Assembly (NCBI RefSeq): GCF_006345805.1
Contig: NC_043008.1
Span: forward strand, 78,678,001 to 78,742,000
DNA: 64,000 bases
DNA from: Octopus sinensis
Lineage: Eukaryota
Direction of reading: 5' to 3'
Positions 38,243-50,864 of this stretch are shown one piece after another. The notes under the pieces are model-generated. The model was not told the DNA's origin. It searched no databases and saw only the letters and a list, made by a program, of their open reading frames with translations. The position numbers and the translations under genes were made by a program. The stretch's first letter is position 1; each line of letters begins with the position of its first letter.

Positions 38243-38529
38243 CATTATCATTTAGCATCCGCTTTCCATGCTAGCATGGGTTATGCACATTTAACAATTG
38301 GAAGAACAGTACATTACATTAAAGTTAGTGTATGTATATATTTTTTAAAAGCTAAAATGTACATGGATGGGTACATACAAGTATATAAGCACAAAAAAAA
38401 ATTATTATCATATACACATATATACCCATGTATATATACATTCAAGTAAAAAAGTATATAGATATGTATATGCACCCACATAGATATGTACATACATATA
38501 TATACACACACATATATATATATACATGC

Positions 38530-40210
38530 CCTTTTCTTAGTAAGGAGCACTTCATATAGAAAATTTGGAAATTACAGAAAAAGACTACATACATTTTTTA
38601 AAAACAAAGGCCTCTCAATTTCTATTGAAAAAGATAACATCTCTGTAAACTTCCTTGACATCAATTTCAACCTTAATACTTCAATTAACCAATCTTATCA
38701 TAAACCTAAAACCAACATAAGATACATAAATGTAAACAGTAACCATCCACACAATATTATAGAAAACCTGAGTACTAACATAGAGAGAAGAATAAATTTG
38801 CTATCATCTAACAAAAAATTATTTAATAATGACTATTACAACATTGCACTTAAGAAGGCAGGATATATGTGAAATTAAGTACAATAAGAATTACAACACT
38901 AATAAAAATCATATTAAATATAATTACATAAATAATAATGTTAAGACTAGAGACTTAAATACCTATAATGTAACAGTATACACTCATCAACAAACAATTA
39001 AAATTCCCAATACTAGTCATAAATATAACAATCGTGTTAAACAAACCAATCATGATAATATTAAAATTAAACTTAAGCATATATTATAGCATAAATAAGC
39101 ATATATTACAGCATAAATAAAATTCATAATAAGAATAAAAATCATAAAAATTATCACTAATGAAAATAACCCTAAAAATACTGATAGCATAAACTGTAAC
39201 AATATAATTAAAGAATAGGAACATAAAGATAACAATAAATAAAAATATGAATAGCCAGAGTAAGACAACTAACAATAATGATATGAATAGCCATAATAAT
39301 AAAATTAATAATGATAATAACAACAGTCCAAAAGAAACCAATACTATGTATGAGGAAAAATTACCTTTTGTATACATATCAATGCTCAACCAAGGTAGAC
39401 CATGATAAAACCATTTGGATAATAATTCCCTTTGCTAAGCATTTAAAGATGAACTTTATAAGATCTATCAAAAAGATTATTAATAAAAACTTTAAAAACA
39501 TTAGATATGCAAAAATATTTAATAATAAACATATCAGATTCAGATTTTCAGTTTCTCCCAAACTTTTCAGGATAATATGTTCACTTAATAATAAGAAACT
39601 AGATCAATTATATGAAAATAAAAAAAACACAAACTGAACCTAGAACATACAAAAATATTAATAAACCACAACATAATAGTACAATTAGCAACATAAATAC
39701 TCTTAATAACTACAACCCATATAAATCAACAAAGTCTGGAAATAACACATCACCCATACATAAAAATTGTAATTTTAAAGACCAAAACACTTGTGAGATA
39801 GACAGAGATTGTAAAAGAAAAATGTAGGATACCAAGCAATAATTATAATACAGAATTCCTTAAAATATCATTATATCGGATGTACACAAAACTGGGTTAA
39901 ATCAAAAATTTCAAACCACGAATCAACCTTTAGAGACCAAAGCAAAATGAACAGTACTGGACTCTCAAAAAAATTTGGCACCTCAAAAAAAAAATGAATA
40001 AAACAATATTGATTTCACAATTAAATGGAAAATTCTATCTTTTTCACTTTCTTACAGAATTAACAATAAATTCTGTAGATTATGCCTTGAAGTATAAAAT
40101 AATGAAGATGAAAGGAAACCTAGTAAATATGAGGGATGAAAAAGTTCTTTTTCATGTAAACACATGACGAATTTCCTTTCCACTAATCTAAAATAACATA
40201 ATATGATCAT
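38530..40210 (+). mobile_element. Penelope-like element fragment: RT C-terminus/thumb, Asn-rich linker, GIY-YIG; between (TA)n tracts
   Basis: VNFLDINFNL, YINVNSNHP...IERRINLLSSN, then YIGCT...NHESTFR...TGLSKKIW and CRLCLE across frameshifts. Confidence 0.75.
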
Positions 40211-40420
40211 TAATAGAGTTGTTTAATATTATTTAACATCTCACTAAATATTCCTTTATTAATCTAAATAGTACATTACCTTCTTTGATTTAACAGTATT
40301 ATTTAATTATGTTATTTAATATTACTTAATAATGATATCTGAAGGACATCTATGTATATATATGTGTGTGTGTATGTATATGTATGTATATATGTGCATA
40401 TATATGCATATATATATGCT

Positions 40421-40451
<31 letters not shown>

Positions 40452-40462
40452 TATATATATAT

Positions 40463-40493
<31 letters not shown>

Positions 40494-40569
40494 ATGTGCA
40501 TGCATATTATATACTTACATATTTTAATTTGTATGCATCAATATGTATGTAGCTAAACATGATTATGCT

Positions 40570-40602
<33 letters not shown>

Positions 40603-41024
40603 GTATGCATGTGTGTATATGTGTGTGTGTATGTATGTGTATGTGTATATCTATGTGGGTGCATATACATATCTATATACTTTTCTACTTTAACTTATAT
40701 ATTTGTAAACCATGTTAAACCTTCTGCAATACATTTGCAAAGAGCATTCATTCTTAGATTTGCAGCTGCAGCAAGACCTATCTTGCATGAAGGAATTTCC
40801 TATAAGTGGATTGGATGTTGTACTATTAGAGGGCATGCTAGGGCTTAGTGTAGTACCCTCAGATCCACTCCCAGTGTATTCATTATTATCATTTATACCT
40901 ATAATGTATTGATTGATGAGATCATAGATATTCTAGATTGCTGGGAAAGACTAAGCTCAGTAGTATCCTGTTGGTTTGCCTCAGAAGGTCTATTACAGTT
41001 GCTAATCCTCGAGGTATTGTGGCT

Positions 41025-41026
41025 AT

Positions 41027-41058
<32 letters not shown>

Positions 41059-41068
41059 TTACTATTAC

Positions 41069-41102
<34 letters not shown>
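41025..41102. repeat. (TAC)n(TAT)n compound microsatellite
   Basis: Directly visible. Confidence 0.95.
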
Positions 41103-41104
<2 letters not shown>

Positions 41105-41310
41105 GGCAGTGAGCTGGCAGAATCATTAGCATGTTGGACAGAATGCTTAGCGGTATTTCATCTGTCACTATGTTCTGAGTTCAAATTCTACTGAAGTCAA
41201 CTTTGCCTTTTATCCTTTCAGGGTTGAAAGATTAAGTACCAGTCAAGTCGATGTGATCAATTGCCCCACTCCCCACAAAAATCCAAACCTCGTGCCTATA
41301 GTAGGAAGGA
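41103..41310 (+). mobile_element. SINE family 1 head/core with an alternative tail ending in (ATT)n
   Basis: Same head and core as 19782, but the tail is CCCCACAAAAATCCAAACCTCGTGCCTATAGTAGGAAGGATTATCATTATT. Confidence 0.8.
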
Positions 41311-42420
41311 TTATCATTATTATTATTAGCATTGTCATTGCTCTTATTATCAATATTATTAATGCTACCGCTAGTCATATTATCAAAGTAATTATTACTA
41401 TCATTAGGATGGTTGTTAACCAAAGTAATAAGACTATCCTCAATATTGTTCTCGTTAATGGTAGTATTAAGATTGTTGTTGTTTCTGCTATTAAGGTTAA
41501 TATTATGATCAATATTATATTTATTATATTTATATTTACTATGCTCCTTAGAATTGTTATTTTGGTAATAACTATTAAAGCTTAATAGGTGTTGTTATTG
41601 CCAACATATTTCAAGTTATTGTTGTTGCTATTCATATTGTTATGGTTGTTTGAGTTGTTGTCAGTGTTGTTATTGTTACTGTTGTTGTTATGTTTGTTCA
41701 AATTTAGTTTATATTTTTAATCAATTACATGCTCAGTTTAATAATTTTAAAATAGTTTATTTATAAAATATTGTCACTGCTACACAAATAAATATATTAT
41801 GTTATAGGTTTTGCAATGTATATTTTATTACATAATTATGTTACTATTGTCTTTTTATGCTTAAAATTTATGCAAATATGTCTTTAAATGAAAACAGTGT
41901 GATTAGATAGTCAAGGTTCTTAATCTTTATAAAAGACTTGGTGAACTTTTGAAATAGCTGTCCCACAAAAGTTGGATTTTCTCTATTTTCACATGGATTT
42001 TCCAAAATCTTTTTTGCACCACACATTTCAAAATAATGAGAGTGGGGAGGTAAACCTTTTCTAAAATCCATGATTTTTAAATACCCTCACCCTCCTATTT
42101 TCTCTCACTTGTGCCTTCACAACAGGAAAACAATATTTGGGAGGTTTTATCTAAAAGGAAAAAAATTTGAAATGCATGATTTTTTTTATCATCTTCCCCT
42201 GCTCCATATAAGTTGGAATTTCTTCATTTTGGTTGGGATTTTTCTTGATTCTTTCTTGTGACACACATTTCAAAACAATGGGAAAGGGGAAGACTTTAAA
42301 AAAAAATTAAAGCCATCATTTTTGAATGCTTGACTCATATCCCTTCCTCCTACCTTTGCAACTGCCATCACTGCAAGAATTTTCACCCCTTCATGCTATA
42401 AAATTCTATACCTGTACATG

Positions 42421-42616
42421 TATGAGGGGCTGCTAAAAAATTCCTGGCTTTAAGGCCTGGTTGGAGGCCAAAACCTGCTGAGTTTTTTACAAGGCTTAGA
42501 AAAACTGCAATAAGTGTGTGAATCTGAGAGGGGAATATGTTGAATAAAATCATGATTAATTGATCCTCCTGTATTTTCTTTTATTCAAAGCCAGGAACTT
42601 TTCAGCACCCCCTCTA
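42421..42616 (+). mobile_element. Internally deleted mariner derivative (MITE)
   Basis: ~28-bp TIRs GAGGGG.TGCT.AAAA.TTCCTGGCTTT with TA at both ends. The internal KCVNLRGEYVE* matches a mariner transposase C-terminus. Confidence 0.75.
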
Positions 42617-44527
42617 CTCTGCATTTTTAGAGGAAAAAAAATTTCAGCTCCATATATTTTCAGTGTCACTCCTCTCCCCATAAATGCTTTAAAAATAGCA
42701 AGCACCACTGAAATGAATATTTTTCTTTTTTTTAAAATCATTTTGCTTTATTCCACATTCTGAAACATTTGTAATTTATATTTAAAACAAAATAATAATA
42801 ATAATTCTTACCCCTCCTCTCCATAATAAACTTTTATATTTGTTATATTTTGTCTGTTTATTTTTCTTACTTTTGCCATATTGTAAAAACATTTTTCTCA
42901 ACAAGACTACATTAACACTTACTTACATTCCCGTCAAATTTCATTTTACATGCCATTTTTTCCTCTCCCACACAAAACAAAAGCAAATAGAATTATATTA
43001 TTTTACTCTGGACAAGGTGCTGTGACAAACTGTTGCTATGACAGAGAGGGGAAAAGATATTTTTGGTCATCTTGGTGGAAGGGCACAGCAAGTAATATTT
43101 ACTGCATTTTTGAATTTAAGAAAAAACAAAAAAAATTCTTACAAATGTTCACTACCTTGCAAAAACTATATCAGCTAAGCAAATGACCTCTAAATGCATT
43201 AAAAACAGTAACATATTCAGAGCACTGTTTCAGAAAATTATCTCTGTTCTCTGAGCATATAAAAGAGAAATTTAGATAGGATAAAATGAGTAAGACAAGA
43301 TAAGGTAAATTTTGCTTCTTCAATTCTTCAGAATTACATTTGAAAAACGACTCATACACATCAGAAAGATCAGAAATGTGAAAAAATTTTAAATATCTAG
43401 GTCAAATGAAAGAAGGTCATGAAAAAATGGTACATTATATAAAATTAATGAAATTTGACTAAATCTAAATCTCAGCATAAAACATTCTTCATAGATTTGG
43501 GTTGCTCTCTTCCTGATTTATTAATGCACCATGCAGTTAAAGAGAAGAAATTATTGAAATTAATCATTATTTATTTTGCCCCAATTTAAACATCATTTTT
43601 TGAAAATTGAAAATTATCAAATTGTATATTAGTGTGGGGAAAATTGACTCAAAATCCAATAGGGAAAAGTATTGATTATTAAGCACCAAAAAATATCCAG
43701 ATAACAACCTCAATTACAATCAAGTCAAATTTGAGGAAAACATTTTGAAAAAGATTATGCCACCTGACTATATTTCAAACTCTCAACAACTATGCTGACA
43801 AAATTTTACTCCCAAAGGTTATGAATCAGCGCAAAATGATGATGTAATACTTGCAATGTAACAGTTTCAAATAGGTAGGAAAAAATAACAAGAAATCAGA
43901 AATTACTCATTTATCCCTACCCCTATACTTTTCTTCAATTAAAAATATGTTCCTTTCTATATTTTAAATGACAGAAATTATCATTTTAGAAATATTTTGT
44001 TTTACACATCACTTTGAGGTGTTTGATATTTTTAATTATGAAGGGAATGATGAAGGAGGGAAGTGGAATTAAGAATTAAAAAAAGAAAGTGCAAGATGCT
44101 GTTCCTAAAGTATGATTTAGGACAAGGTGAGTAGAAGTTTAATGATTAACTTATGCAGGACAGTTATTCTGAAATGAGGGAACAGACAATAAAAAAAATC
44201 ATGAATTTCGAATATTTTTCTTTAAAAAAAAGTTTCCTCCATCATTTTTCGGTATATAAGTTACTATAACTTGAGGGGAAAAATTTTTTAATGGTGATGA
44301 CTGTCATGAAGGCACAAGGAGGGAGGGGAAGCAACATTAACAAATCATGGATTTCAAAATTTTATTTTTTAGAAAAGGTTTCTTCCCATCATTTTTCAAA
44401 AATGCATGGTGCACACAAAAGATTTGAAAAATCCCAGTTGCAATGGAGAAAATCCAACTTATATGGTACAGCTATTCTGAAAGTCCCACCAAAGGCTTCT
44501 GTTTTGAGAGTTCACTATCATTCGCCT

Positions 44528-44627
44528 TCACCACAGAGTTGTTTTTCTTTCGGGGTTCATGAAATCAGTTGGCTTACAATGAAATGCCATAGCAAATTCT
44601 TCAGTATTTTGCAAAGTAACGATGACC
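44528..44627 (-). CDS. Terminal coding exon of an M13 (neprilysin/ECE-like) metallopeptidase homolog
   Basis: ttttacag acceptor, 1+99 nt: (R)VIVTLQNTEEFAMAFHCKPTDFMNPERKTTLW*. Aligns ungapped to the neprilysin C-terminus [32 protein letters not shown]. Confidence 0.92.
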
Positions 44628-45744
44628 CTGTAAAATATATAAATACAAATAAAAGTCATTCATCGACTATCAAAATAGTACCATGCATGATATGATTATC
44701 AATCAATATGTACACATATAAAAGATATGAGGAGTTTTCATCAGGGTGACTCAAACTAGTAGGCATGCATTCTAAGTGCTCAAATAGACGTGTCACTAAA
44801 ATTCCTGTTTGATCAGCAGTTGAAGTTGTGGTATGTGACTGTCTTGATCAAAACAACTAGAAGTGGCTTCCCTTTGAATCAGTAGGTTTAGATTAAAGCA
44901 GTGAGGAAAAGCAAACATTTAGGCAATATTCAACAAGGACATTTAATTTATTTTAGCTACATAACGAATGGTAGATAAGGTATTCCTTTGGTAAATCCAT
45001 GATCAGAAAGAATAATTAGATAGTACTCCATGGTGAAAGAAAAAGTATGGTTAGATAGTACTCCATAGTGAGGGAAAATGAATACTAACAGTTCTAAAAT
45101 TGGACAAATACTGAGAGGAGGAATAAATAATACACTCAGATGTGAGAAAGATAGGTAGATAAGAGCTTTGTACACGATATATACTAATCAGTGTAGTGGG
45201 GGGGGGGGTTCCTGTCCAGGAAAATTAGAGAGAGCAAGTGCAAAAATGAGTGAGGGTTATTCCTATTCAAAGAAATTAGGAGGAGCAAACAGATAAGGGA
45301 AGGAATAAAGCAGATGCCAGACCTACAAGGTTGGGTACTAATGAGGTGGGAGGTGTAGGTAATAAAGTGGTTTGGCCAAATTTTACTAGAGGAGAGACCT
45401 AGGACAGCCAAGTTGTGTTAATGCTAAATGTGTCTAAGCTAGAAATAGATGCCACACTAACAAACAAAAGATTTCAGATTTGCAGTTTAAAAACTAAGGT
45501 TGAAACTTCATATTATAAAAATAAATAAAAATGTTAAAAAATAATAAAAAATAAAGTAACACTTAAAATTAAAGCTAGAATTAAAATTACGAAGTGAGTA
45601 GCCATAGTGTTAATGAAGATATTGCTATTGAGGCCTGTAGAAATATGAGCCTAAAGAGTCATATATATAAACTAGCAGCTAAGACCGGTTTCACCCAGTC
45701 GGTTTGGATGATGTGGCTGTAAAACCTGCTCTGTGTAAGCATTT

Positions 45745-46460
45745 GACTTGTTTGGGCATGCTTACATTGCTTAATATACTTCTCTGACCCCTTCTTTATC
45801 ATTCCCAATGCACCAATTACTACTGGTATTATTGTAGTACTAAGCTTCCACATTTTCGTGCTTTCAATTTGCAGATCTTTATAATGAGAAAGCTTTTTGT
45901 ATTCCTTTCTTGAGACATTTTGATCCTGTGGGACAGACATATCTATTAACAGACATATCTATTAACAAACATATCTAAATGGCGGTGCCCCAGCATGGCC
46001 ACAGCTCATAAGCTGAAACTGGAAAAATCAAAATCAAAATCAAAATCATTAACAGACAAGTTCCTCCGTTGTAGTCCTTGATCACAATGTCTGGTCGATT
46101 GGAGTTAATTTTTTTGTCTGTTTGTATTAGGATGTTCTAAAGGATGGTGATACCCTTGCCATTTACTACATCCTCTGGATGGTGCCTATACCACTTATCA
46201 TGGGATTAATTTTGTAGTATTTACAATCATTCCAGTGGATGTACTGCCCTAGTCTGTCATGTCTTGAGGTACTCCTTTTCAGTGAGGACTGGGTAGCCAG
46301 AAACATGATCAATTGTCTCTGTGAATTTTCCACAAATTCTGTATGAAGGGTCAGATCCATCTATAAGGACGTTTGCATTGTAGTTTCTGGTAGGTAAGCT
46401 CTGATCTTGTGCTGCAATAACAAAACCTTCTGTTTCCCCTTTCAGACCTGTCCCTTGTAG
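45745..46460 (-). mobile_element. R4/Dong-like LINE C-terminal (RLE endonuclease) fragment
   Basis: GFVIAAQDQSL, RHDRLGQYIHW, PDIV, DMSVPQDQNVSRKEYKKLSHYKDL, IIPVVIGALG. Confidence 0.75.
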
Positions 46461-46483
46461 CCATCATCATCATCATCATTATT

Positions 46484-46706
46484 AAAGTGGTGAGCTGACA
46501 GAATCATTAGCACACCAGGCAAAAATGCTTAGTGGTTTTTCACCCATCACCTCGTTTTGAGTTCAAATTCAACCGAGATCAACTTTGCCTTTCATCCTTT
46601 CAGGGTCGATAAATTAAGTACCAGTTAAGTACTGGAGTCGATGTGATCAACTTACTCCCTCCCCCAAAATTTCAGGCCTTTTGCCAACAACAGAAAGGAT
46701 TATTAT
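46484..46706 (+). mobile_element. SINE family 1 head/core with the alternative (ATT)n tail
   Basis: Tail CCCTCCCCCAAAATTTCAGGCCTTTTGCC...AGAAAGGATTATTAT, like the 41103 copy. Confidence 0.8.
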
Positions 46707-47195
46707 ACTTTATAAAGATTGACATAACTCTTCACACAGGAAAATAGACAGTAAGAACACGATGTGATTGTAGTATACTATTTATTGGTTTGAACGATAT
46801 TTCAACAGTTCACCTGTCATTTTTAAGTTCAAAATGTAAATTGAAGAAACACAGAAATTCAAAACTACAAAACCCTGCATTCCCACTTTGAATGACATCA
46901 TCAATCTTCAATTTTGCAACTGGTAAAAGGAAAAAGAAAGAATGAAAGAAAAAAGGACAGAGAAAAGAATATGTTCGACTAAATATTCTTTTTGCTTCTT
47001 TCTGTTCTTTTTTCTTTCTTTTCCATTTTGTCAATTGCTAAATTGAAGACTGATGATATCACTCTTTCAAAGTAGGAATGCAGGATTTACTCAGTCATAT
47101 TTTTGAATTTCTGTGTTTCTTCATTTTACATTTTGAACTTAATAAAGACAGAGAAGCTGTCAAAATATTGCTCAAACAATTTATTAGAATCCATT

Positions 47196-47488
47196 CATTC
47201 GTGGCCGTTGCCAGCCTCGCCTGGCCCCCATGCCGGTGGCACATAAAAAGCACCATCTGATCGTGGCCGTTTGCCAGACTTGTCTGGCACCTGTGCCGGT
47301 GGCACGTAAAAAGCACCCACTACACTCATGGAGTGGTTGACGTTAGGAAGGGCATCCAGCCATAGAAACATTGCCAGATCAAACTGGGCCTGGTGCAGCC
47401 TTCTGGCTTCCCAGACCCCAGTTGAACCGTCTAACCCATGCTAGCATGGAAAGCAGACGCTAAACGATGATGATGATGATGATGATGA
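47196..47488 (+). mobile_element. RTE LINE 3'UTR fragment with (GAT)n tail
   Basis: AAAGCACCCACTACACTC..GAGTGGTTG.CGTTAGGAAGGGCATCCAGC...CCCATGCTAGCATGG...GATGATGAT. Confidence 0.8.
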
Positions 47489-47716
47489 TATCACACTCAT
47501 CTTATTATTATTATTATTCATTCCTCCTCTCAGTATTTGACCAATTTTAAAATTTCCCTTACTGCAGAATACTATCTGACAATTCTTTCTGATCATGGAC
47601 TTACCTAAGGAATACCTGATTTAACTGGATTTAATTGGATTTCTGCTCCCTCTTCAACATAATAATCCACAACAACTACCATTGATGATGAAATTCCTTC
47701 CATTATCTAACTTATA

Positions 47717-47806
47717 TCTCTCCGATGACAGTATTCCCAACTTATAGAGTTTTCGCTCGAAACGATGTTCCAATAGCTGGGCTATCCCAGAAACAGCTGT
47801 CAGAGA
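47717..47806 (+). ncRNA. Hammerhead-ribozyme-like motif with U4C core change and enlarged stem II
   Basis: TCTCT-CCGATGA-(61 nt)-GAAA-C AGCT G-TC-AGAGA; 5-bp helix I and palindromic helix III ACAGCTGT. Confidence 0.45.
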
Positions 47807-47899
47807 CTTTTTTTTTTACCATTAGTTATGTAGTTATATTAAATTAAATGTCCTTATCAAGTTTTGTCTAATTGTTTGCCTTTCCTCACTACTTTAACC

Positions 47900-47937
<38 letters not shown>

Positions 47938-48006
47938 CTCAATGCATTATATATTTTTATTCACCCTATTTAACTGACTAACATTTCTCTAATATAAAAT
48001 ATATAT

Positions 48007-48288
48007 TAGAGCAGTTGTATACTGTCAACCTATCGTGACAGTCCCATAAAGGGAATCATACTACTGCTATTTAGCCCTAGGAAGTAGATGACAAACAAAA
48101 CTCAGAAACATGTCTCTGGATGCAGGCTTAGCTGGATGGGGGTGCTTGTCTCCCCCTTGTAAACATAAGGACACAGGAAATGTGTCAAGGCCGACAGGAA
48201 GCGTTTGATGCTTCCTAGGGCTAAATAGTGGTGGTGTGATTCCCTTTATGGGACTGTCATGTTAAGTTAACAGTATACAACTGCTCTA
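48007..48288. mobile_element. MITE with ~80-bp terminal inverted repeats
   Basis: TAGAGCAGTTGTATACTGT...GACAGTCCCATAAAGGGAATCA...CTATTTAGCCCTAGGAAG is mirrored at 48205-48288. Confidence 0.85.
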
Positions 48289-49399
48289 TCATACCACCAC
48301 TGCTTATATCTCTCTGAGATATTTAGAAATTTAAAATATATGTTGTGTCTGTCATATTGTTTCTAGTAGCCCTCATTACTTGATAGTTTGCCTCTAAAAT
48401 TTAAATATTTAAGATCTAACATACAGACCAAATAAAAAATTTAGCTTCATTGAGTAAAAATATATTGGGCATATCTACATACATGTGCCCTCCACCAACT
48501 TTTTTCAAAATTTCAAGTTTCATTTGTAGATATGTATGTGATGTATGTCAGTATGTGTGTGCATCCACACACCATTTTTTTTTACATTAAATTCCAATAC
48601 AATCTTGATGTACATCATCTGAAAAGTATTTGTTGAAAATTTCAGTAAGGAATACCAATCTTCTGAAAGCTATGAGGAAATAAAATTGACATAGTTAGTT
48701 AGTTAATTTGGCTCAAAAGCAAATAGTAAGACCATGTAGGGGGAAATGGAGTTAAGTACAGGGTGGTGTTCATGTAAAGAGTTCGGGCCACTTGAGGTCA
48801 AGGGAGGCTTTGAACAAAGCGGTCGTCGGCATCTTCACCATCTCGTCTGGCAGCTTGTTCGTACATTATCTAAACCTCTTTTCTCACTGCCCCTCACCCC
48901 AAACTTTTCATAACAAATTTCAATATACTCTGAATCTACATCATCTGAAACATATTTGTAAAACACTTCATTAAAAAAAAAATGCATTTTCCTAAAAGTT
49001 ATGAATAAACAAAGTCAGGGGTGGAGAGTGTACTTTGTGTAGGTATGCCTTGTGTTGTTCCTTTGCTTTTTATTTCATATTTAAACTAAAATTAGATTTA
49101 TTACAATGATTTTAACATAAATATCCCACAGACACTAGTAAATATACACTTCCTTTCATACTTTAACTGCTCATCTTTTAAAGCCATCCCCTTAGTTAAA
49201 AAGCATCTGTAACTCTGACTTGTCTTTCTCAAAAGCTACAATTAGAGAACTTCTCTATATTGTAAATAATTCAAGTAACCCTCTCCAGTATGCCTTCATT
49301 TAAAATTTCATCAAAATCATAAACATTACAAATATTATTATTATAATGGCTGGGTTCCAATCCACTTTAACAACAAAGTCCACCTGCTATACTTCTCAG

Positions 49400-49930
49400 T
49401 CCATCATCACTACCTCAAGGTCCTGGATACATTCCAGACCAGCGTCTGCTATCAAGTTACCGCTGTAAGTGTGACAACATTTTCTTCTTCTTACCATGAA
49501 ATGGGTTCCACAAGACTAATTTGGATGCTTCCAGTTCAAGGTGGTACATGCAGAGACCAGATAGTCACAGCTGTCTCTTCCTGTTGTTCATGTCTACTTC
49601 CAAACTGCTCACCCAACCACATAAATACTTGAAGTCTTCAGCAACATTAGATTATGCAATACAGCAGGCTATAGACAATAGTGACAAAGACCTTGGTTTC
49701 ACCATAGGCCAGCAAAGATCATGGAAAGTACCAGTAATAACCACCACAGACCTGGACTTCGCAGATGATATAGCACTCATATCTGATGAAATATATCAAG
49801 CACAAAAGCTGTCCAACAGAGTAGAAATATCAGGTGCTAAATTAGGACTGTAAACAAGAATACTGAATACATGTTTTTCAACCAATCAAGAGATATTGAA
49901 CTGTTTGCTTTGAGCAGGTCCAAATTGAAT
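49400..49930. mobile_element. Fragments of a second RTE-like LINE family in opposite orientations
   Basis: Plus strand: LDYAI...LGFTI...TDLDFADDIALIS. Minus strand 49400-49590: HLELEASKLVLWNPFHG-like C-terminus, repeated at 51510-51710. Confidence 0.6.
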
Positions 49931-50250
49931 GTTTCTGAAAGCATTAAAAAGGGAATTATTAAAAAAACTTATCATTTTAAGTATTCTTTTCTTTTGCCAT
50001 ACTATTCATTGTCCATCACAGCAAAAATTGTAGGTTATAAGCGATTTATGTAGGGGGTCAGTATAAAATTGTAACTCTTTGGCCATGTTCTGTTCATGTG
50101 TACATACAGAGAGATCCTTGCAGTACACAATTAAATAATTCACAGAATGAGATATTTAATAGTGCTTGATGTAGATAAAGAGAGACTCTATGCTATTCCA
50201 CTTGTGAAGCCTCGCCCAATCACCCACACTCATGATTAAAACCATATATA

Positions 50251-50301
<51 letters not shown>

Positions 50302-50535
50302 TATATTATATATATATATATAATATATATATATACATATATATATTATATATATATATATAATATATATATATATAATATATATATATATTATACATAT
50401 ATATATATATATATATATTATACATATATATATATACATAATAATGAAGGGTGAAATTAATTAATTTGGAAAAATTATCAATTACACCAAGTAGTCTTCG
50501 GCATGTAAAAGCCTCATTCGAGGAAAATTTAAGTA

Positions 50536-50595
50536 ATACTAAGCAATAAGGGTTTAGCAAAGGCAACTCGTTGCTAAACCCTTATTGCTTAGTAT
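50536..50595. repeat. Perfect 25-bp inverted repeat with 10-nt loop
   Basis: ATACTAAGCAATAAGGGTTTAGCAA-AGGCAACTCG-TTGCTAAACCCTTATTGCTTAGTAT. Confidence 0.95.
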
Positions 50596-50609
50596 ATATA
50601 TATATATAC

Positions 50610-50665
<56 letters not shown>

Positions 50666-50671
50666 TCCTAT

Positions 50672-50706
50672 GTTTCCGACGAAGAGCTCCGCTCGAAACG
50701 TCATAC
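50672..50706 (+). ncRNA. Minimal type I hammerhead-like motif (PLE-type), U4C variant
   Basis: GTTT-CCGACGA-A-GAGC tcc GCTC-GAAA-CG-TC-ATAC. Helix III is only the palindrome ACGT, as in dimer-forming PLE hammerheads; helix I has one mismatch. Embedded in (TA)n. Confidence 0.5.
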
Positions 50707-50797
50707 CCTCCTTCTTCCATTTTCCTGAGCGCCTAATAATAATAATACTGTAATTGTTCCACGTGTTGTTGTTTTTTCTGTTTTCCCGTTTGGATTA

Positions 50798-50860
<63 letters not shown>

Positions 50861-50864
<4 letters not shown>

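Noticed and set aside
38530-40210. Assignment of the PLEs to the Naiad clade or selenoprotein-coding PLEs
   Set aside because: Here the RT thumb precedes the GIY-YIG domain (canonical order), whereas Naiads have an N-terminal endonuclease. The clade is left unresolved.
40899-41585. Poly-Asn/Ser/Ile ORFs
   Set aside because: These are translations of (TAC)n, (TAT)n and ATT-rich simple repeats around a SINE.
43171-43359. Minus-strand ORF MYESFFKCNSEE... as an exon
   Set aside because: It has weak splice signals and no recognisable domain, and lies downstream of the M13 stop codon.
49400-49930. Twin-priming 5' inversion of a single LINE
   Set aside because: The two oppositely oriented pieces come from ORF2 regions far apart and no TSD was found; separate fragments are equally likely.
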